Shown here: positions 1 to 8,465 of the stretch, in pieces
Position numbering within the stretch: position 1 is the stretch's first letter
How the letters are laid out: each line of letters begins with the position of its first letter
From: Minisyncoccota bacterium
GTDB taxonomy: Bacteria; Patescibacteriota; Minisyncoccia; Phycocordibacterales; VMEP01
DNA: 64,000 nucleotides
NCBI GenBank assembly: GCA_041661305.1
Contig: JBAZUR010000001.1
Location: 387,684 to 451,683 of the forward strand
Direction of reading: 5' to 3'
The notes under the pieces: model-generated
Database searches by the model: none
Seen by the model: the letters and a program-made list of their open reading frames with translations, nothing else
Told to the model about the DNA's origin: nothing
Translations under genes and position numbers: made by a program

Positions 1-3000
1 TCCAACTTTTCCGTTTGATGTAACGACAAGCGCGTTTGAACCCACATTTAAGAGTGAGGAGAAAAGATTTGTTGATGATGCTGTTGTCGAAAAAAGATTT
101 GTTGTTGTTGCCGATGTCCCTGTTGCATTATTGAAAGTGAAATCCTGAAGTGTTGATGATCCCGTAACCCAAAGATTAGATAATGATGTAAGCCCGCCCA
201 AGAAAGAAACTGTGCCTGTTGCTGTGAGATTGCCTCCGATGTATGCATCACCTGCTACAGAGAGTTTGGCGAATGGTGAGGTGGTGCCGATACCGACGTT
301 GCCACCATTCAAATACGAATCTCCTGTTGTTCTTAATTGTATTGTTCTGGTCCCCGCAGCATTATATGCATAGAGTTGCGCATCAACAGCACTTGTGAAT
401 AATTCTGTTACACCACCAGCTGGAGAAAAAGCTAAACCAGAAGCACTACCGCTACCTAACCTTGTTCCAATAGAAAACCTATTAACACCTGATGTAAGAG
501 GGTCACCAATTACTAAACTTGGCGAGCTTAAAACAGGATTAGTAATATCAAGTCTTCCAAAAGGACTCGTTGTTCCAATTCCAACATTACCTGTTGAGCT
601 TTGTACTACAAATTGAGAACCACCAATTGTAAGTCCACCATTGAATGTTGAGGTACTTGTGTTTGTAACAGCGAGATTTGTAAGTGTTGTTGTGCCAAAC
701 GAAGCGGTACCTGTCGCGGTGATATTTGTCGCAGTAATATTTTGTGCAAAAAGATTTGTTGTCGTTGCATTTGTTGTCGTGCTATTTATCGCCGTGTACT
801 CAGTGATGGAAGCAAACGAGGAAGAAAGATTATCTATAACTCCTGATGTTGCGTGGAAAAGTGTGGTGAATAAATTGGTGGATGTTGCATTCGTCGTCGT
901 GCTGTTGAGGATAGAAAGATTTGAAATTGTAGAAGTTGAAGCGTTTGAGATAACTCCCCCAAAAAGATTTGTTAGACCTGATATATATGTATCACCTATA
1001 ACTTCAAGTTTTGCTGAAGTAGTAGTAGACACCGCGCCAATCAAAACTTGGTTGGTTGTTGTTGAAAGTCTTGTTCCAGAACCATTGAAATATGACCAAT
1101 CAATACTTCCAAGACCAGTACCCACAGCAACACCACCAAAGTACAAAACTCCAGCATTGTTGTAGAGACGATTATCAAAAACAGTCATTGGTGCGCCATT
1201 TTCTGAAAGATAGATAGGCCCTTCCACTGAAAAGACGTCTGTTGGGGAGCTTGTACCAATGCCGACATTACCATTTGAGCTAACAACCAAAGAATTGTTA
1301 CCGACATTCAAGAGTGAGGCGAAAAGATTTGTTGATGAAGCGGTAGCTGCGAAGAAGTTCGTTGTTGTTGCAGATGTCCCAGTTGCGTTGTTAAAAGTAA
1401 AATCCTGAAGTGTTGATGAACCTGTGACTAATAGATTTGTTGCCGATGTTGTCGCAAATGAAGACGAACCTGTGACAACTAAACTTGTTGCCGATGTTGT
1501 TGCGAACGAAGCAGTGCCAGTCGCAGTGATATTACCTGCGGTAATATTTTGTGCGAAAAGATTTGTTGATGTTGCGTTTGTTGTCGTGCCATTTACTGCC
1601 GTGTAATCAGTGAACGCAGCGACCGAAGAAGAAAATGTATCAATGACTCCTGTTGCAGCGTGAAGGATGGAGGCAAAGAAGTTCGTCGTTGTTGCAGATG
1701 TGCCTGTTGCGTTTGCAAATGTCACATCCTGAAATGATGAAAGGTTGGTAACGGTGAGGCTTGCGATAGTTGTTGTTGCAAGATTTGAAATTCCAGTAGC
1801 AGTCAAACTCTGTGTATTAAAACTATTTGCTGAAAGTGCCACGAATGAACCAGTGCCATTTACTGTAAGAGTCTCGAAAGTTCCAGTTGTTCCAGAGAAA
1901 GTTGAATTGGTTATGATTGCATTGTTGATTCGGACATTCGACAAATTGTCGATTCTTTGTGTAAGAGCAATGGCGGAGAAATTGTTGTTGTAATTTGTGG
2001 TGGCATTTGAAGACACTCGGTAGATCTCGCTCTTTAGTAGGTTGGCTAGTTCAGTGAGCCTCTTGTCCAAAGCTTCTTCTGTTGTTCCAAGGGTGATGTT
2101 GGTTGTTTGTGAGCCAGACGCCGATACTAATATTCCAGAAGAACTAATCTTCTTTATAACAGTGTCCGTGATTATGGCGGTGAGATCATCTGAAGATAAA
2201 CCGTTCAAATACTGCACACTCAAATTTGCCACTGTTGTAGAAGAAGTAACAACAAGTGGAGGAATACCTTGCTTTGCAAATGATTTTAATTGACCTTCAG
2301 TTTCAATAGAACCGAGAATCGAAATCTCACCATTATCATTAAGTAGAAGCAACTCGTTCGCATGTGTCCCCGGACGAAAACCGAGAACTGTTTGCGAATC
2401 TTTCATCCAATCTTTTACCGCATGCAAAGAAGTATCGAACATTCCAAAAACAACAGGGATAGGCAAGATGATAAATAGAACGAGCGCCGTTAGTGTGAGT
2501 GCTCCGAATTTTATTTTCGAAGCAGCTGTCATTGGTCGAGAAACAACAGATATTGGAGAAACTATCGAACCTTCAAGTTGTGAACTGATTTCTCTTTTAA
2601 CTGCAGCTGAAATATCAAATGGTTTTGGAGCTTCAGCAACTTTCTCTTTTATTTCCGGAACGATTGTAACCTTTGGTGCGAGTGGTGGAATTAGTGGTGC
2701 GCTTTTTTCAGTTGATTTTATTTTTTTATTATTCTCTTCAGCTATTTTCTCTTCTTGAGTTTTTTCAATTTTTGAATTTAGTGTACTAAGAGATTCTCCA
2801 ATCTTTTTAAACTCATTCATAAAGAAAGATTTCTCTTCTCCTCTCTCTACTATATGAACATTTTTTTCAGTCGATGTTTCTGGTTTTACAACTGATGCAA
2901 AATTAGGATGTGGAAATTCTGCAAAACTTGGACGCACCTTTTCCTTTACGAAAACTTCCTCTGCAAAAACAGGGCTTGAGATTTTTGGCGTAGCAACCGA

Positions 3001-3294
3001 AGCTGATGTGACCTCCGAAGCCCTTTCAAAAATTGGCTTAATCTTTCCGCTATCGAGTGAGCCATTTTGAATCTGGGCTCGAACCATCTGTCGGTGCATG
3101 TACTCGTCAACAATGGCTTTTGTCGTGTACCAGGTATTGTCGATCTTTTTAGCTGAAAGCTTCTTTTTGCGAGCAAGGAGACTTAGGTACTCCGAACTGT
3201 AGGGGGTCAACTTTGCCGCTAGGCTTAGAGGAATCCACTCATTGTTTGAGTGGTCATTTTTGAAAAAATTTTTGGCTCCTAAGTTAAAGTTCAT
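1..3294 (-). CDS. Giant surface protein (partial, runs off the left edge, >1098 aa): N-terminal HTH, one TM helix, Thr/Ser-rich repeats with GNVGIGT(T/S)SP motifs
   Basis: Absent from the ORF track because it has no stop in the window. ATG at 3294 reads MNFNLGAK...WIPLSLAAKLTPYSSEYLSLLARKKKLSAKKIDNTWYTT (Xis/MerR-like HTH). TM segment near 2440-2510 (FGALTLTALVLFIILPIPVVF). The same frame at position 1 reads SSLLNVGSNALVVTSNGKVG. Frame was spot-checked, not read codon by codon. Confidence 0.85.
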   Translation of the reverse strand, partial: MNFNLGAKNFFKNDHSNNEWIPLSLAAKLTPYSSEYLSLLARKKKLSAKKIDNTWYTTKAIVDEYMHRQMVRAQIQNGSLDSGKIKPIFERASEVTSASVATPKISSPVFAEEVFVKEKVRPSFAEFPHPNFASVVKPETSTEKNVHIVERGEEKSFFMNEFKKIGESLSTLNSKIEKTQEEKIAEENNKKIKSTEKSAPLIPPLAPKVTIVPEIKEKVAEAPKPFDISAAVKREISSQLEGSIVSPISVVSRPMTAASKIKFGALTLTALVLFIILPIPVVFGMFDTSLHAVKDWMKDSQTVLGFRPGTHANELLLLNDNGEISILGSIETEGQLKSFAKQGIPPLVVTSSTTVANLSVQYLNGLSSDDLTAIITDTVIKKISSSGILVSASGSQTTNITLGTTEEALDKRLTELANLLKSEIYRVSSNATTNYNNNFSAIALTQRIDNLSNVRINNAIITNSTFSGTTGTFETLTVNGTGSFVALSANSFNTQSLTATGISNLATTTIASLTVTNLSSFQDVTFANATGTSATTTNFFASILHAATGVIDTFSSSVAAFTDYTAVNGTTTNATSTNLFAQNITAGNITATGTASFATTSATSLVVTGSSSFATTSATNLLVTGSSTLQDFTFNNATGTSATTTNFFAATASSTNLFASLLNVGNNSLVVSSNGNVGIGTSSPTDVFSVEGPIYLSENGAPMTVFDNRLYNNAGVLYFGGVAVGTGLGSIDWSYFNGSGTRLSTTTNQVLIGAVSTTTSAKLEVIGDTYISGLTNLFGGVISNASTSTISNLSILNSTTTNATSTNLFTTLFHATSGVIDNLSSSFASITEYTAINSTTTNATTTNLFAQNITATNITATGTASFGTTTLTNLAVTNTSTSTFNGGLTIGGSQFVVQSSTGNVGIGTTSPFGRLDITNPVLSSPSLVIGDPLTSGVNRFSIGTRLGSGSASGLAFSPAGGVTELFTSAVDAQLYAYNAAGTRTIQLRTTGDSYLNGGNVGIGTTSPFAKLSVAGDAYIGGNLTATGTVSFLGGLTSLSNLWVTGSSTLQDFTFNNATGTSATTTNLFSTTASSTNLFSSLLNVGSNALVVTSNGKVG
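61..1660. repeat. Degenerate internal coding repeats of the giant surface protein
   Basis: About 61-165 resembles 1321-1425 (offset 1260 nt). About 701-815 resembles 1508-1620 (offset 807 nt). Both offsets are multiples of 3. Confidence 0.8.
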
Positions 3295-3491
3295 GTGGTA
3301 TCCGATACGATGTATCGGCGCGTGATTTATAGTTATTTTAGCATCTAACCAAAATATACAAGAGAAAAATCTTGGGGATAAGTGACAAAATTTACAACAA
3401 AAATTAAAAAATATTTTCAAAAATATTTTTCTAAAGAAAAATCAAAAAATAACAAAAAGATGAAATAAACCATCAAAAGATGGCGACAACA

Positions 3492-3524
3492 AAAAATCTC
3501 CAAACAAAATTTTTGGAGATTTTT
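3492..3524 (-). terminator. Hairpin downstream of lepB, likely intrinsic terminator
   Basis: aaaaatctccaaa (3492-3504) pairs with tttggagattttt (3512-3524). Confidence 0.55.
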
Positions 3525-3634
3525 AAGGAAGACAAAATGAGTGCCAAATTCGAAAATTAAAAGGTTAAGTCTGATCGTTTTTTTGTTGAAGCGAGTATTT
3601 TAATAAACATTACTAAACCTTGATAGATATATTA

Positions 3635-4174
3635 TTAAAGATTGATATATTTAAAGGGTTTATAGGTAAACTTCGCAAATACCTTTCCTTTGATATCCCA
3701 GGCATCTGTAGCACCTAATCTTCTTGAATCTATGCTAACTGCCCTGTTATCTCCCAGAACAAAATATTCGTATGGATCAACCGTAAAGACTGTTGGATTA
3801 TTTTGCTCAGAATTTTGTTTCACGTAACCTTTTAAGTCACTAAAATCGAGCGACTCCACAATCTGCCCGACATCATTTCTATCTTTTTTAATAACGAGAG
3901 TTGTTCCAGATATCTCCAATCTATCTCCCGGAATACCGGCAATTCTTTTAATAATTTTCTTATAAGATCCGCGTGGTTGCGTGACTATAATATCCCCCTT
4001 TTTTGGTTGCCCAAAAAGGTATGCTAAGCGGTTAATAATTACGTATTCTCCATTATTTATAGTTGGAGCCATTGAGTCCCCACTCACAGAAAACGAATCA
4101 ACAAAGAAAACTCGTACTATTACCGCTATCATAAAAGCGCAGAACAAAATTTTAACTAATGGGTGCCATTTCAT
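3635..4174 (-). CDS. lepB: Signal peptidase I
   Basis: N-terminal TM; GDSMAPT (catalytic Ser), IKRIAGIPGD (catalytic Lys), GDNRAVSIDSR. Confidence 0.95.
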   Translation of the reverse strand: MKWHPLVKILFCAFMIAVIVRVFFVDSFSVSGDSMAPTINNGEYVIINRLAYLFGQPKKGDIIVTQPRGSYKKIIKRIAGIPGDRLEISGTTLVIKKDRNDVGQIVESLDFSDLKGYVKQNSEQNNPTVFTVDPYEYFVLGDNRAVSIDSRRLGATDAWDIKGKVFAKFTYKPFKYINL

Positions 4175-4221
4175 AACTTACTTGTTTTCGAATATACTAT
4201 GAAGTACATTATATCATTCCT

Positions 4222-4473
4222 ATGGAAAAACGATTCCTCACAATAAAAGAAGCTTCAAAGTACTTGGGCGTCACTCCCCTGACTCTTCGTAATTGGGACA
4301 ACAGCGGAAAGCTAAACGCTTCTCGTCACCCAATGAATAACTATCGTCTGTATAATCGCCATGAACTTGATGCTGTTATGAAAAAAATAGAAATGGGTGT
4401 AGAGAAAAAAACAACACGCAAAAAACTGAACACTCGCGTACACGTTCTAAAAGTAAAACATCTCAAAGACTAA
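4222..4473 (+). CDS. MerR-superfamily HTH DNA-binding protein
   Basis: LTIKEASKYLGVTPLTLRNWDNSGKL...NYRLY motif. Confidence 0.9.
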   Translation: MEKRFLTIKEASKYLGVTPLTLRNWDNSGKLNASRHPMNNYRLYNRHELDAVMKKIEMGVEKKTTRKKLNTRVHVLKVKHLKD

Positions 4474-4506
4474 TTTTTGATAATTTAACAAATTAATATC
4501 ATCAAT

Positions 4507-4541
4507 AAAAAACACCTCGATGTTTGTCGAGGTGTTTTTTT
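4507..4541. terminator. Bidirectional intrinsic terminator between the convergent HTH gene and gatB
   Basis: aaaaaacacctcga-tgtttg-tcgaggtgttttttt, with A and T tracts on both sides. Confidence 0.85.
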
Positions 4542-4556
4542 GTGGTCGCTAAAATT

Positions 4557-5969
4557 TTATGCGTTAATGATTCTAATTATAGTTTCTCGAAGAGATGCTG
4601 GGTCTGCGGAGCCACGAGTTTCTTTCATACATTGTCCAACCAAAAATTGTAGTGCTGCATCCTTCCCTGCTTTGTAGTCTGCAACCACTTTGTCGTTAGC
4701 ATCAATTATTTTCTTAACAACCAAATCCAAATCAGAACCACTCGCGGATACTGTGAGATTATTTTCTTTCATAAGTTGTGTAGGGTTCTTGTCGTCACGT
4801 ACCATGATAGCCAAAATATCTTTTGCTGTTCGTGTTGTTATTTCCTTCTTCCCCCACAAGGTCATTAGCTCATCAAAATTTTCTACACTCGGAACTTTGT
4901 TTGTCGAATCTTTTAATAAACCAGCAAGATCTGAAGTAATGAAATTAACATAGCCCGCGATAATTTCTGGAGAAAGATTCTCCTTTCCTAAAACAAGGCT
5001 ATTGAAAAATGAGGCAAAAGTATCACTTTGAACAAACATTTCCGCTTGTTCTGATTTCATACCAAACTTAGTAATGTATTTCTCGCGCTTTTGCCAAGGC
5101 AACTCTGGGAGTTCGCTTCGCAATTTCTCAAGATCAAATTCTGGGACTTCTCTTAATTTTAGCTTTGGAAGGTCTGGGTCTGGAAAATAGCGATAATCAT
5201 GAGAACTCTCTTTTTCTCGCTGAGAAAATGTTACTCCCTTATTTTCATCCCATCCACGTGTTTCCTGCTTAACCTCTCCACCTTCTTCAATAAGCTCGAT
5301 TTGTCGCTTTATTTCGTAATCTATCGCCTTCTCAACAGCCCTAAAGGAGTTTATGTTCTTAACTTCAACCTTGGTGCCAAATTTGTCTGTTTTAGAGACT
5401 GAAATGTTCGCCTCCACACGCATTTCACCTTTATCCATATTTGCCTCACCTGCACCTAAACAGCGTAGTAAAAGCTGAAGTTCACGAGCAAAAGCACCCG
5501 CTTCGGTGGCGTCCTTCACAACAGGCTCTGTAACAAGCTCCATAAGTGGTACTCCAGCACGATTAAAGTCGACTAGAGTATAGTCCCCTTTTTCATGGTT
5601 AGACTTTGCAGTATCTTCCTCTAGGTGCACTCTGGTAATTTGAATGCCATTTAGGCTTCCACCAGACACAATTGGGTACTGATACTGGCTCAACTGATAG
5701 CCCTTCGGAATGTCTGGGTAAAAATAGTTTTTGCGATCAAATTCCGTAAAATCAGCGATATTTCCACCCAAGGCTAATCCAACCTTAATAACGTGTTTAA
5801 CAGCCTCCTTGTTGATAACAGGCAGTGTTCCAGGGTGAGCCATGCAAACAGGACAAATATTAACATTAGGGCGTTTTTCGTCCGGATCATTCTTTGAGTT
5901 ACAGAACATTTTTGTCCTGGTCTTCAACTCTGCGTGTATTTCTAAGCCAATTGTCGCCTTATATTCCAT
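4557..5969 (-). CDS. gatB: Asp/Glu-tRNA(Asn/Gln) amidotransferase subunit B
   Basis: IGLEIHAEL, FDRKNYFYPD, HLEEDTAK, DFNRAGVPLMELVTEP, DYRYFPDPDLP. Confidence 0.98.
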   Translation of the reverse strand: MEYKATIGLEIHAELKTRTKMFCNSKNDPDEKRPNVNICPVCMAHPGTLPVINKEAVKHVIKVGLALGGNIADFTEFDRKNYFYPDIPKGYQLSQYQYPIVSGGSLNGIQITRVHLEEDTAKSNHEKGDYTLVDFNRAGVPLMELVTEPVVKDATEAGAFARELQLLLRCLGAGEANMDKGEMRVEANISVSKTDKFGTKVEVKNINSFRAVEKAIDYEIKRQIELIEEGGEVKQETRGWDENKGVTFSQREKESSHDYRYFPDPDLPKLKLREVPEFDLEKLRSELPELPWQKREKYITKFGMKSEQAEMFVQSDTFASFFNSLVLGKENLSPEIIAGYVNFITSDLAGLLKDSTNKVPSVENFDELMTLWGKKEITTRTAKDILAIMVRDDKNPTQLMKENNLTVSASGSDLDLVVKKIIDANDKVVADYKAGKDAALQFLVGQCMKETRGSADPASLRETIIRIINA

Positions 5970-6029
5970 AAGAAAAAATTATAGCATATTCGCACTTCTA
6001 CAAGGTTCGACCTTATATTTTAATGCGAT

Positions 6030-7025
6030 TTAATCTTTTTTTGCTTTTTCCGCTGTTGCTTTGCGTAGAAGCTTCACGAGATTATCCTCTATTTCTTTAA
6101 TAGATTTGTCATCATAAAGAGACACTGCGTACACCTCTTTGTTTAGTTTCTTCACCGCTGTAATTATTTTTGATAGCTCTCCATCTGGTAGCACATCTGT
6201 CTTTGTTAAAATAACTACTTCTTTCTTTTTTGCCAAATCTGAATCAAAAGCTTCAAGTTCTGCTCGCACCGCTTGATATGCGTCCTTCAAATTTTTATTC
6301 TCAAGAGAAATGATGTGCGCGATTATGCTCGTTCGCTTTATGTGTCGCAAAAATTTATGCCCAAGCCCCTTTCCTTCTGAAGCCCCTTCGATAAGACCCG
6401 GGATATCAGCCACAATAAAACCGTGCATATCGCCAAGGTTTGGTTCAAGTGTCGTAAACGCGTAGTCGGCGACCTTGCCCTGTGAGCGAGTTAAAATATT
6501 TAAAAGACTAGTTTTACCAGCATTCGGCAACCCAGCCAAACCTAAATCCGCAAACAACTGAAGCTCGATTGCAAAATCGGCCTCTTCCCCTTCTTTGCCC
6601 AAGGTGAATTCTTTTGGACTTCTGTTGATTGAGCTCTTAAATCGCTCGTTACCCAAACCACCGCGACCACCCTTAAGCAACATTATCTTTTCGTCTTCTT
6701 TTGTTAAAGAAAATTTCTCGCCGGTAGCCTGGTTTATTATTATTGTCCCAATTGGAAACTCTAATATCAAATCGTCTCCACCCTTACCATGCAGGCTATT
6801 TTTGGCCCCATTATCCCCTTTTTCTGCCTCATATATTTTTTTATGAGCATATCTAGCAAGACCGTGCATCTGTCTTTTGGCGAGAGCAAAAACATCGCCA
6901 CCGTTACCACCATCCCCGCCAGCAGGGCCCATCAGTGGTTTACCTTTCTCGTGAAGCCAGCGAACAACACCGTCGCCCCCCTTGCCGGCTTTCAAATGAA
7001 GTTTTATTTCATCAACGAATGCCAT
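6030..7025 (-). CDS. obgE: GTPase ObgE/CgtA (short form, no C-terminal extension)
   Basis: Gly-rich Obg fold GKGGDG; GLPNAGKT, YAFTTLEPNLG, DIPGLIEGAS, TKTD. Confidence 0.97.
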   Translation of the reverse strand: MAFVDEIKLHLKAGKGGDGVVRWLHEKGKPLMGPAGGDGGNGGDVFALAKRQMHGLARYAHKKIYEAEKGDNGAKNSLHGKGGDDLILEFPIGTIIINQATGEKFSLTKEDEKIMLLKGGRGGLGNERFKSSINRSPKEFTLGKEGEEADFAIELQLFADLGLAGLPNAGKTSLLNILTRSQGKVADYAFTTLEPNLGDMHGFIVADIPGLIEGASEGKGLGHKFLRHIKRTSIIAHIISLENKNLKDAYQAVRAELEAFDSDLAKKKEVVILTKTDVLPDGELSKIITAVKKLNKEVYAVSLYDDKSIKEIEDNLVKLLRKATAEKAKKD

Positions 7026-7027
7026 AA

Positions 7028-7375
7028 TTATTCATCATCGCGCAAAAATATTTTTTCGGCGATAAATGTTACTACTGATATAAACAAAGCTGCGAGAAAA
7101 GCCGACCAAAAGGAAGCAACTTCAAATCCTTTCACAAAAGTAGAAAGCATCCATAAAAGAGCGCCGTTTATGACTAGTGTGAAAAGTCCGAGAGTTATTA
7201 TGTTGATTGGTAGTGTGATTAATATCGCAAGCGGTTTTATCGTCACAGAAACGATACCGAGCAAAAGAGCTGTCACAAAAGCAACGTAAAAACCATCAAC
7301 AATGATTCCAGAAATAAAATACGGTGTTGCAAAAACAGCGAGAGCTACGATAATCCATTTTGCTATAAGTCTCAT
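7028..7375 (-). CDS. 4-TM membrane protein, phage holin superfamily IV (YvlD-like)
   Basis: TLPINIITLGLFTLVING signature and four hydrophobic helices. Confidence 0.85.
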   Translation of the reverse strand: MRLIAKWIIVALAVFATPYFISGIIVDGFYVAFVTALLLGIVSVTIKPLAILITLPINIITLGLFTLVINGALLWMLSTFVKGFEVASFWSAFLAALFISVVTFIAEKIFLRDDE

Positions 7376-7404
7376 GATATTTAATTTATTTTAATTTTAT
7401 ATAA

Positions 7405-7794
7405 TTATTTGTTTTCTATTGCTTCAATCAACTCTTCCATATCGTGTTCAATTTTTTTGATATCTCGCTTCACCTCGCTCAAGCTTACAGACTCCTCTTC
7501 GATTTCCACTTCCGTTTTTTCAACAACCTTTTTTTCTCGTTTTAAGCCCGTGATAATAATACTCTCTCCAATGAAGAACGAAACAAAAAGACCGGTTAGC
7601 AGAAGGAGTCCAACGCCAAGAACAAGCGAGAAGAAGCCGGAAACATTAAAACTATCGGCTATATGCCAAACTCCACGCCAAAAAAGAACTATGCCAACAC
7701 CACCAACAATTGCATAAATTATCGGGTAATGGCTCAAGCGTCCCCGAATTTTATCTTCCAATTTGTCGAAAAAATGAAGAAGTTTCTTTACCAT
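7405..7794 (-). CDS. Hypothetical membrane protein (2 TM plus C-terminal coiled coil)
   Basis: GGVGIVLFWRGVW TM and acidic heptad-like tail; co-oriented with its neighbours. Confidence 0.75.
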   Translation of the reverse strand: MVKKLLHFFDKLEDKIRGRLSHYPIIYAIVGGVGIVLFWRGVWHIADSFNVSGFFSLVLGVGLLLLTGLFVSFFIGESIIITGLKREKKVVEKTEVEIEEESVSLSEVKRDIKKIEHDMEELIEAIENK

Positions 7795-7868
7795 ATACGG
7801 CTTATCATATACTGAAAATCGTAAATACGCACCTTTTTTAGTAAGGCGGATTATATAAAATGCAAAAA

Positions 7869-8333
7869 TTATAGTTCTCCAACTTCCAATAGCTCTTGCT
7901 CTAAAATAGAGTCACCTTCTCCAAAAAGAAACTTTCCTTTAAATTTCTTCCCTTCCAAAAGTAGCGGAATCCAATGAATATCATCAGGCCACATCTCCGT
8001 AAACGGAATTTCATCAACGTGGAACCATTGTGGTTTCATTTCTTCGCTTTCCGTCGGCTCACCTAAAAAATTGTCTGCTCTGAAAATATGAACTTGTAAT
8101 ATCTCGGGATTCCCCTGAAATTCAAATTCAATAATTCCAACTTTATTAATATCTGGAATCTCTATCCCCGCCTCTTCCATCATTTCTCTTTTTGTAGCAT
8201 CTTCTATTGTTTCTCCTTCTCCAACCTTGCCTCCAAAACCATTCCACCTGCCAGCACCAAATCCGCGTTTTTTCATTCCCAACAAAACATTAGGGTGCTG
8301 GTGAACAATACAGAGTGTGAGTAATTTTTTCAT
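7869..8333 (-). CDS. Nudix hydrolase, MTH1/NUDT1-like 8-oxo-dGTP diphosphatase
   Basis: [21 protein letters not shown], Nudix box [22 protein letters not shown]. Confidence 0.9.
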   Translation of the reverse strand: MKKLLTLCIVHQHPNVLLGMKKRGFGAGRWNGFGGKVGEGETIEDATKREMMEEAGIEIPDINKVGIIEFEFQGNPEILQVHIFRADNFLGEPTESEEMKPQWFHVDEIPFTEMWPDDIHWIPLLLEGKKFKGKFLFGEGDSILEQELLEVGEL

Positions 8334-8465
8334 GTTTCTATTTTACCACTACCTTATTTCGTTGCCCACAAAACAATAACCTGATATGGTTTTCGTGAGC
8401 CAGAGCGCTCCCGCCGGATTGATTTGGATTAGATACCCATCTCATGTAATTCCGGCGGTTTTTCT

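Noticed and set aside
48-3176. Val-rich + strand ORFs and short alternative-frame ORFs in the track
   Set aside because: Antisense or off-frame shadows of the Thr-rich giant gene.
4222-7375. Prophage suggested by holin-family and HTH genes
   Set aside because: No integrase, capsid, terminase or lysin; the genes are interleaved with gatB and obgE.
8426-8438. ggattagataccc, identical to a conserved 16S rRNA primer site
   Set aside because: Only 13 nt, with no rRNA-like flanks; treated as chance.
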